Shown in pieces: positions 54,331 through 64,000 of a stretch of DNA of 64,000 nucleotides. Where the stretch lies: assembly GCF_022045235.1 (NCBI RefSeq), contig NW_027266343.1, positions 52,824,001 to 52,888,000 on the forward strand, in the 5' to 3' direction. The notes under the pieces are model-generated. The model was not told the origin of the DNA. It did no database searches and saw only the letters and a program-made list of their open reading frames with translations. Each line of letters begins with the position of its first letter. The stretch's first letter is position 1. The DNA is from Haliotis cracherodii. Lineage: Eukaryota. A program made the position numbers and the translations under genes.

Positions 54331-56005
54331 TGTGATTCAGAACTACAATGTCACGCTTTCTCGCAAGGCGTTCCTACAAGTCGTTATGATTACACAGGTT
54401 ACTGTTCACGTGGTACTAAACTGATACTTTGGTCTAGATTGTTTTATCGCAACATGTGTGAAAGGTCAACTTTTTAAACAGACAACTGTCTTTATCTCAA
54501 GATCTTAAAGTCCATCCCAAAATTAATCTGGAAATTGAACACGTTGGATTCTCTCGCTGGACCACCCGTGCAGAAACTATCAAATTAGATTTTCATCTTC
54601 AAAGAAGGACACCAGTGCTCGCTGACTTGGTTGATGCATGTCATCGATCCCAATTGCGTGGATCGATGCTCATGATATTAATCACTGGATTGAGACAATA
54701 TGGGCAAAGGTTCCTTTACACTGGTCTTGTCGTTAAAGAGACAATCTAAATGAGATGTTTCCGACGGACGAGTAGACGGACTTTCACCATTTACAATACG
54801 TTGTACTAGTTATACAACAGAACAATACTATTAAAAATGAATTAAAGATAAATATAAGCGACGTTACCATTTATAATTATAAATATGATTCCGACAGTTG
54901 TCTACATCAAAAGCATGTGTTTCTGAATCACAATCTAACACGATGGTGAAAAGGCAGCAAAGCTATTCCAAACAAATCTATTTTATTTTGACGGCACATC
55001 ATCAGAAAAAATAATCTTTTGATGTTCTACCTCTGACGTGCAGCGCGTGCCCATATCCCGCGGAACGGTCTATTCGTAAAGGTACACGACCTTGAATTGG
55101 GTCTTGGTGAGGAGTAAGACTTGAAGGGGGATAGGTAAAAAAGTACGACCGAGGTCCGAAACGCCCGACACGCCCGGTGGCTCAGTGGGGGAACATGGAA
55201 GGTTCATGTGAAAACATCTTGACTTTTAACCGTCAACGTCAGTGCGAATTAATCAATATAGTTCCAAGGAAAACCCCTAAGCAGGTCTGATTCAAAGTAA
55301 AGTCTCAAGTGTTTCTTGCAGGGAAGTTCTGGGAAGCTAAGACTACCCTGCATATATACAAAGTATATCCCGGCTTTCAACTTGATTGAGTCGAAGTTCT
55401 TGCTCAAAGGCGTAAACAAAGTGATGACGTCACCGTAGATTTGTAAACCCAAATACAATGAAGCCCCAATCCCCGCCTAAAACCCACAGGCTTAAAAGCA
55501 CGCCGTCCATTGGTTGGAGTATGGATGACGCGACAGCTCAGGGAGGCATCGAATGGCATTGACTATACATCACGGTGCGCGGCAGCTTCGTCACTGACGG
55601 TATACCATCTTCAGTGATGAGGATGAGTATCGCTTCAATCTCGAAGGACATGGGTTCTTCGATCACAATAATACCGAGTATTTAAATTAATTTTGTGAAT
55701 ACGCTTTTGGGTATAAAATGTGGAAAAATGTAGATTATGGGTTCCACACCGCAGTGTATCCGGAGAACAGAATTGTGTTGTTACTTGTTGGGGCATGTTG
55801 GTTGATAGATTCAAATGTACACGTTCGTTTGTTTGCATTCAGGAAACGGCTCCCTTGACTGCGACATGGCTCATTTAGTACACTAGGCTTTCCAAAGCTA
55901 CTTTCAGTTTAATATCCTTTTCGATGGTATACGAAAACATTAAAAATTAAATCAAAGTAATCAATTAATCATCTATTTCAAAACAAGTGTTGCAATCATC
56001 TGTTG

Positions 56006-56158
56006 NNNNNNNNNNNNNNNNNNNNNNNNNNNNNNNNNNNNNNNNNNNNNNNNNNNNNNNNNNNNNNNNNNNNNNNNNNNNNNNNNNNNNNNNNNNNNNN
56101 NNNNNNNNNNNNNNNNNNNNNNNNNNNNNNNNNNNNNNNNNNNNNNNNNNNNNNNNNN
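56006..56158. other. Assembly gap
   Basis: Run of N. Confidence 1.
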
Positions 56159-56941
56159 TTGTATAGTCAGCAAACATCGTTCTAGTTGTATTATATTCAC
56201 AAGAGAAACAAGCAAAGTGATCTAGTGAGGTTGATTGATCAAACCAATTATGAAATTAATGACATGACAAGTTGCTTTCAAAGGGGTTTGGAAGAGACAG
56301 TATCAAGACATTTTGCTTAATTTTACAGTGTTCGCTGTAGAGTTTTAGAGTGTGACAGGTGTTTCATTATATCAACCTGTCGTGCCCATGCCAACACGCA
56401 CGCTCCATAAATATTTCATTATATATATGCATGTTAACAGTAGACACCCAGCCTGTGGTGACATGTGACGTCTTGCTGAGCTTGCACAGGGCAAAATAAT
56501 GTAAATGAGGTTATTTTCATATTGTTGTATAACGGCATGGGTTGTATAAAACGGTATGTGAATGTATACAAAATGTAATACTGGGATGAACTAACGGGTC
56601 ATCTCTACAATATTGTATTGAATTCAATTGTATTCAAATACACCTGATATGTCCGACAAAAAATAATACACATTGCTTGAACATTTATTATTCAACATTA
56701 TTTGTTTGTTTGTTTTTTGTTTACCTCCGCACTCTGCAACACTCCGGTTATACCCAACAACCTTACATTATATTTATGATATATATTCTTTTCATTACAG
56801 ATCCGTATGGTGAAGCGTTGGCTGTCAGCGATGCAGGGTTTCACATACAATACACGCAGACCTTAACGTTATCACGGAAGGTGGTAAAGATATAAGACAC
56901 GGAACGTTGGAGATATTTTTCTGACACACGTGACAAGGAAA
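56159..56941. repeat. Segmental duplication copy 2 (paralogous to 11-1155)
   Basis: Direct collinear match with substitutions and deletions. Confidence 0.9.
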
Positions 56942-57901
56942 AGTTGTATGTGTGTATTTGCAATATTTACAAATTTGCTTTTGACAGACCAAGATAGCCC
57001 ATACTTCAATAAAGACAACAAAACCATAAGGAAATTTCTTTTGATTAATAAGATATGTGTTCTACTAGAATTAGTAAAGTGAACATGCAACGGTAGAAAT
57101 GACTGAATTTGCTCAGGTCATTCATATTTTTCATGGTACGCATGGCCCATGTCAAAAGTACACAACTAAGGTCTATGTCAGCTCAGATGAGTTTGTTTTT
57201 TGTACCAAATGATAGTTTTTATTAACAATCTATAATTATGCCTTTGTCGTATATTGGTCTGGGGTGTAAATTTAATGTATACCAGCTAGCACTGACACAT
57301 TCGTGTAGATGGATCATCACAGTCTGAGTAATGGTATTATCTTTAAAAAGTTTTTAATTGGTATAAATATATTTTGGGTTATTATCTGGTTTCTAAGATA
57401 CCCCAACACACACATGTGTGTTATGTCAGATCCGCGTGAAGTACCTTTACTTCGTTATCAAGGGATAACTGACCAAAAAAATACAGGTTGCTAGAAAAAA
57501 CATGGATTCCTCAATAAACATTCACAACCATATTATGGTATATATACCACAAATTATTAACGCAGAGATATATAAAATTCGAACGAATTATTTGGAAATT
57601 TGTCACCGAAAAGAAAGCTATCGTAAAAAGGTCAACATTAAATACTGACATAATTATTGTTTATGAAAACTTAAAGTTATAAATATTATGGGTTTTAAAT
57701 AACCTAAATGGGTGACTTACATATATTCTGGTTTATCTAACCTGAAAGAGACTAGTATGTTGCTCCCACACAGTTTAATCAGTTGAAACTATTTTTAACA
57801 CATCGTTGGTACTCAACTACATGTGTTTTCATTCAGTTGATAAGATTGTGATTCTTCCCGTTTCTTAATGCCTTAAATTTGAACGAGTTTTGAATATTAA
57901 A

Positions 57902-58075
57902 GCTTGTTTGTTGTTTAACGCCGCATTTACCAATATTGCACCGATATGACGGCTGCTCATGATTGAGACATCACCAGACAAACCAGTAGTAGATATTGTA
58001 AGCAATGATCCACGTGGTGTAGAGGTACGATGGCACCAGTCAAGCAGGTTACAGAGGCTGACCACCCCATCCATT
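57902..58075 (-). mobile_element. SINE family 4, truncated
   Basis: Homologous to 58772-58950. Confidence 0.7.
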
Positions 58076-58239
58076 TTACTATAAGATGCAGGTGGAATAA
58101 GAGTTACCGTTCTTGTTTGAAGTAGTTCTCGTGTTCATACGCAAATATGGACACCTTCGAGAGGAGCACGAGTTTATATTCGGCTTGTCCCGGAATGGGA
58201 CAAGTTGGCTACGAATGAGTTGGGCGAAACTTCGAGTTT

Positions 58240-58663
58240 CATCACGACAGTGCTCGCCCGCATACGGCCCGTGTGACAATGAACTTCATTCAACTTTACA
58301 ACGTCACAGTACTCCTCTGGCCCGCCACGAGTCCAGGCATTAGTTCCATGGAACATCTCTGGGATGCCGTTGGCTGTCGAGTCAGGGATCGGGACATCCA
58401 ACCACAGACATTACAATTGGATGTCATGATCTTTGCTCTTCAGGATGAATGGCTTGCTGTTCCATGAGCTGTCATCCAGACGTTTACGCGGAGTTTGCCA
58501 CGCAGATGTCAGGATTTCATCCGTAGACATGTGGGACACAACTAATACTGACATTTGATTCTGTCACGTCTTGACATTGTATGCGCACTATTTCAATTGT
58601 ACTGAATGTAAAGATTATTTCCCTTTATGTTTCATTGTTCGCTGGTTGGTTTCCAGCAGTATA
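58240..58663 (+). mobile_element. 3' remnant of a second Tc1 element
   Basis: LLWPATSPGISSMEHLWD...LQDEW...SLPRRC; ends CAGCAGTA-TA. Confidence 0.8.
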
Positions 58664-58771
58664 TATGTAATAGAAATGAAGAATATTACATGTATCTTAT
58701 TTGTGAACTAAATGGACATAGAAAAGTAATTTGTAGCACACTGCCATACTAGCATTCAATTTATCTTTAAG

Positions 58772-59041
58772 TTTGGTTAGTTGGTTTGTTGTTTAACGCC
58801 GCAGTCAGCAACATGCCAGCTATGTGACGGGGGCCTGTAAATAATCGAATCTGGACCAGACAATCAAGTGATTTATATCATGAGCATTGATCCACGTAAT
58901 TGAGATCGATGACATGCATCAACCAAGTCAGCGAGCCTGACCACCCGATCCCGTTGGTCGCCTCTTAGGACAAGCATAGTCTCCTTTTACAGCAAGCATG
59001 GGCTACTGAAGACCTATTCCATCCCGGATCTTTACGGGTCT
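58772..59041 (-). mobile_element. SINE family 4
   Basis: Nin/Deu-like core, tail GGCGTTAAACAACAAACC. Confidence 0.82.
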
Positions 59042-59399
59042 CTTAAAGAAGTAAGCAATGAGCAAACGCATCAATTTTACAGAGGACATTGAGTTTCCCG
59101 GATCCGTATGAGTAATGTCAATTAATTGCAAAATCATCACCAGTAAACAAGTACAACGGAAAAACTCTGAATCCGCTGAAGAAAAGATAATACAACCAGT
59201 TTGGCATTATATCAAGGGAATTGTAATGGTGGGAAATCCGTCCTGGCAACCATTTTGGCGTTATATCCAGGGGCATCGTAACCAGGGTAGACTGTTAAGA
59301 GTTCAAAGCGGCCTTAACTCACATAACCAATCAGACAGCCAACATATGTGTACTATACATGCAGGTAGTATTTATGAAGTCAACTTGTTAAGGAGTGTA

Positions 59400-59667
59400 T
59401 GAGTGAGTTGGGTGTGACGACGCTTTTAACAGTATTCCAGTTATATCAAGGCGTGTTAGCTTAATGTGGGAGGAAATCCCAAAGTGATGCAGGTCTCAGA
59501 CGTTTACCACTTCGGTGAAACCCACGAGCACGGGTATGTTGCTGAGAAACATAATCGGGGCGACCCGGGATTCGAACCCACAATCATAGGTTTCTGGTGT
59601 GCCCAAGGGACGCAACTCTGCACAGCGAATTGCGGCGCCTTAGACGACTGGGCCAACCGTGCCCCCC
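59400..59667 (-). mobile_element. SINE family 3, full length, followed by (CA)n to 59722
   Basis: Reverse complement of 21460-21732. Confidence 0.9.
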
Positions 59668-59668
59668 A

Positions 59669-59725
<57 letters not shown>

Positions 59726-61374
59726 TTAAGGAAGTGGATATGAAGGTATATATACACTGACAAGAAAAACAGCATGTTCTGTCAAATTTTTTTATTGGAA
59801 CATCAGCCAAAATAGCTTAAATATATTATCCTTTTCGCGTGGACGAGTGCTATAGATTTCATTTAAACAACAAGCACTATGAGTAATGTTAAATGAGTAC
59901 TCACAAACTGTATCCAATACACGCACAACACAGATGAGGCAGTAGTTGTCCTTAGCCATGAATTTTCCTTAGCTTCACAGCCTTGCAATTATATATTAAT
60001 TTGTTGTCATGATTATTCAACAAGTCATCTGAGCATTAACTTTGTAAACACTCACACCCGAATGACGATTATATGGACGAGGCCATTGGATCTTGTGAGG
60101 GGCCTGTGATATTTCTGACCAACAAAACCCATCCGGAAGAAACAGATATAAACTGAATTACAACATTCACAGACACACAGAAAACCACTCCCCACCCTCC
60201 CACCCACGTTTGTGACGGGTGCCATCGATGGGGCGGGATAGACTCACCTTTTCGCGAACACCTGGTACTATTTGATAGTGATTCATAAACACATGCTCAT
60301 GATATAGTCGGAATCGTGCAATCGACTCTTCCTAATGCAGAGATTTCTATTGGATATGGAAAGGGTTTTGTCGTTTTATTTCCCAGGATATAACATAACA
60401 ATGGAACAAAAGAAAGGTGCATGAATCTTTGAACCTTTAAAATAGGCACTTGTCATGTCAGTGAGTAATTGTCACTTCATAGTCTTTGTTTGATATCAAT
60501 TCTAATTGATAAATGAATTGGTTAATAGGGTTGAATAAGTATTTCGACATCAGCTACATTGTAACAATCCTCAACTATGTACGTGAAGTTAATAATTCAG
60601 TTCTTCTCTATGCTAGTTTGCGAGATATGTAACGCTTCCTCTTGTTCATCAAGCCCACGGTGTATAACTAGCTTCTTAGCCTCCACAAATAACAACCATG
60701 AAGCTCAATAGTCCAACATGTTCCATAATTTATATAAAAAACAGATCAGACTTCCTATCGCCTTCCTTCTCCAACATTGATGGCTCAATACACATCCCTG
60801 ACAAGTCTAAAGTGTACATTTGAAATAGGACGACAGACATCTTCGGTTTTCTCAGAAGAACAGAGTGTTGAATACAGTTTAACATACACTTGAGAAACTT
60901 TGATTCACAGATGTAGAAATATTTTAAATAACACTGGATGTTTGATTTCATCAAAAGGTTTGAAGAGTCTACATGTATCAATAGGCAGCGAAATGTTTGA
61001 TTCTTCTTAGATAAATGTGTATAAATCATTGCTTGAAGGGTATATCGATCAAAAGTAATCAGAAAGCCAATTCCCTTTCATATTTGATCACATGAGGTAC
61101 AAGGTAAGGAGACCAGTGAAACTGTCTCATCTTTTTCAAATTTAGGTGTATTCATAAACATTTAGGGCGACGAAAACTATCCACGTGACTGTATTTTGAA
61201 GATTGCAAAGAGTTCCATATGACTGTTGTTGAAACGTTGTTTGATCAGGATGGCACCATTCAAGGACTTAGTAAAACATTCAAAAATTCGGAGGACACTT
61301 TCAATTAACTCACTCAAGTATTTATACATTTTAGTGCATACTAAAATTATTTGACTCAAACGACTGAATGCTTC

Positions 61375-61720
61375 TCTATCTGGTTATACAAGGCGATGCA
61401 TAGCTTGGCTCCTGCATACTGACTGGACCTGAAAGTATCATACAAGCCTGCATGTTCTCTCAGATCAAAAGATCAACATCTGCTAGTGGTGCCAAAGTCA
61501 CGTACCAAAACATGGCGACAGGTCATTTGAACACGCGGGGCCAATGCTATGAAATAATCGGCCATAAGATATCCGAGAAACAAACTTTAAAAAGACATTC
61601 AAAACTTGTCTCTTGAAGAGAGCCTTTGACTAGATAAGATGTTGTAAGAGCATTTGAGCATATGTTAATTGGAACAAGCACTATAAAAAATCTTACTTTG
61701 ATTTAATGATTAATTAATTA
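61375..61720 (+). mobile_element. L2/CR1 LINE 3' end
   Basis: YKAMHSLAPAY...SLRSKDQHLLVVPKSRTKT/GDRSFEHAGPML*NN and an L2-type tail TGTAAGAGCATTTGAGCA...GCACTATAAA. Confidence 0.8.
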
Positions 61721-62049
61721 ATGCTTATCGCTATGTTTAGACGCTGAGGGTTCCTTGTTGGTGCGATGTGTTACTTGATACTGTGTTGTCTGTTGGCCTC
61801 TATTATTAATAGAACACAATGGGGAATACGTATCTTTACTGTGGTAATCTGTCATTTTTTATGTCCGGGATGATATCTTAAATCTTTTCGTTATGACAAG
61901 GGAAACAACTCACGATCAAGCCAAGAAAAGTAGGCTTGAAATTGAAAGGGAAGAAAATATGATATAGGCTAGTGGACACTCATGCCACCGGAAGATGGGT
62001 TAATGTGATGTCTAATAACATTTGGGCTAAACACATCTAATGTGCTGCT

Positions 62050-62610
62050 CCTCGGGTTTTAAAATTGTATTTGTCATCCACAGGTGTCAGTGCATACTGA
62101 GCTAGAGAGTTACGAAGCTTGCTGAAATGTTCTGACTATGAAGGGTGTTTAGGTCACACTTAACACTCTGGGCAGCAGCGTTCCCGAGGGGATGAGACAG
62201 CCTCGAAGATTATCCAAGCTCAGGAAGACCTTCTCTTGATTCCATTAATGACCATCTTCATGAAACATACGATATCACAAGTGAACCACATGTCCAATAG
62301 TCAATACAGTAGGTCTCGATCCTGAGAGAGTTGATAACAGACCGAAGAATGAACTGCGAATCAGATCGCTTCGTGTGAATTAACGTCGTTTAAAGACTGA
62401 CCCAGCTGTTGTGTAACCATAGATGGGTCTTAGGTTTACCAATATCAGCACAAGACTAACCAACAGTAAAAGTAATGGACGTAACATCCGACGTATCCAA
62501 AGAAGGAAAGATCTGTCAGCTGTCAATGGAATGGCTTTTTTTTTTGGATTCCAAAGGAATCCTACTTGTCGACTAACTCCCGAAAGGTCAGACCATTAAA
62601 GGCCAGGTGT
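62050..62610 (+). pseudogene. Mariner transposase remnant
   Basis: VTIDGS*VYQYQHKTNQQ*K*W (cf. VTGDETWVxxYxPETKxQSxxW) and FWDSKGILLVD*LPKGQTI. Confidence 0.7.
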
Positions 62611-64000
62611 TATCCCCAAAATAAAACATGTTACAATGACCAATGTTATGCTAAGCTGCTCAGGCAACACTCTGCGGATCGGCTATCGAGGACCCATAAC
62701 ACCACCAGGAAGCCTTCTTAATCCAGGCACTCCAGCATCGTTGGCAAAGGTGTGCTGACCTCAAAGGGGATTATACACAAAATAATCGGCAACAAACTCC
62801 ATCAAAGCAAAACCGTCATTGTGCAGCTGAGAACCCAGCCAAACCCCGTGTCAGAAATTTCGGTATGTAAACTTTTTCCGTTTCGCAAAAATCATCTCGA
62901 GATAACACTGCCTGGACGGATATATTTTCGCATTTTCATACGAGATTTAATTAGGATGATCAAACTTTTTGTGTATGATTTTTAATCTTTCATATTGACA
63001 CTAAAGTTCGAACTGGACTGGCATATCCCTGGAATATTCTGTAATGTTCTACTGCCGCTAGACTAGTGAGGACACTGTGAAGACATTTCCAGTTTCTAGA
63101 TGGACTGTATATATATGGGGACAAGAGCATACCTTTCGCCTCACTCAAACATTTCGTCTCTCTTACACATTTCACCACACAGTCACATCTGAGAATACAC
63201 AAAGACCAGCTTCCGTGTGAAGTTCACCCTGATTCCCTGCAAAGGACCATCTCGGAAGCTTGACCACTGTCGCCGCTGGGTGAATATGCTATTATCACTG
63301 ACTTTTGCTATTACCACTGTATTTTTGTATTTGTCACTGACCACTGCCATCTTATCATATACTGTCATTGAATATTGTACAACCAGTCGATTGTGTACTG
63401 CCACTGTAATTGCTGTGCAGTAATTTGCGTTGATTTGTAAACCTAGTTAATTTGGTAATACAATTGTTAATCGCATACTATGTTTTGGTTGTTTGTTGAT
63501 TTCACACGGAGTTTACGTACAGATTCTGGGAACAACTTGGGAATCGACACATGACAGTATGCATAGTTTCACAACTGCATGTAGCTATGTTTATTTACTA
63601 GATTAACTAAATACAAAATTTACTCCAATATTCGTATATTAATGGAACAAGAGAAGAATTTTCATTGACTCCTTCAATCAGGGACAAAACAATCTTATGT
63701 AGAGAAGTGCTCTCTCAAAGCCAACCCCAACCACCAAAAACCCGAATATGAAATTCATCTTACAAAAATCAAAACACAAAGATGGACATGAAAGCTTTCC
63801 AATTTAAAAAACAACAACTAATCACTGTGACTGAAGATGATCATCGGAATGTTGGCGTTTTCGACGGTGCACCCAACATGCTTATCATACGCCGGCATGA
63901 ACGGCAGTTTTGAGCAACACGGTAGATACTGATAGAGAGCAGTTGTCCAGCTCCAGTCATAGGTTGTAGAGTTAGAGTTGTCATCCATGTCGCTTGTAAC

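Noticed and set aside
55030-55640. CpG-richer, promoter-like stretch before the gap
   Set aside because: No associated exon could be identified; it could equally be a repeat interior.
60730-61135. Possible L1/Tx1 3' remnant on the minus strand
   Set aside because: Resemblance is too faint to support without an alignment.
63818-64000. Open minus-strand frame running off the window edge (VTSDMDDNS...FSHSD*)
   Set aside because: It could be a terminal exon, but two frames are open and no motif is recognisable.

Overview
AT-rich, intron-containing, repeat-dense animal DNA with two assembly gaps. The SINE families and temptin-like genes suggest a gastropod mollusc, probably abalone (Haliotis); this is inference. 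Two tandem gene clusters are well supported. (i) Two two-exon inhibitor-of-apoptosis genes (BIR-BIR-UBA-RING; + strand; 18.2-20.2 kb and 23.9-25.3 kb) show sharply bounded gene-conversion-like tracts. (ii) Three secreted temptin-like genes (- strand; 41-54.3 kb) lie in ~5-kb duplicated units with a shared E-box/GATA promoter module, and the third copy carries a recombination scar. The rest is mobile-element debris: a full-length but dead Tc1 (DD34E) element, a dead hAT transposase inside which an 84-bp minisatellite expanded to 21 copies, LINE, RLE-LINE and Penelope-like fragments, a mariner remnant, four SINE families, MITEs and three further minisatellites. The first ~1.15 kb of the window is repeated at 56.2-56.9 kb. 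Most short ORFs in the supplied track, including the 607-aa and 403-aa repeat ORFs, are spurious. All identity figures are hand counts, not alignments.
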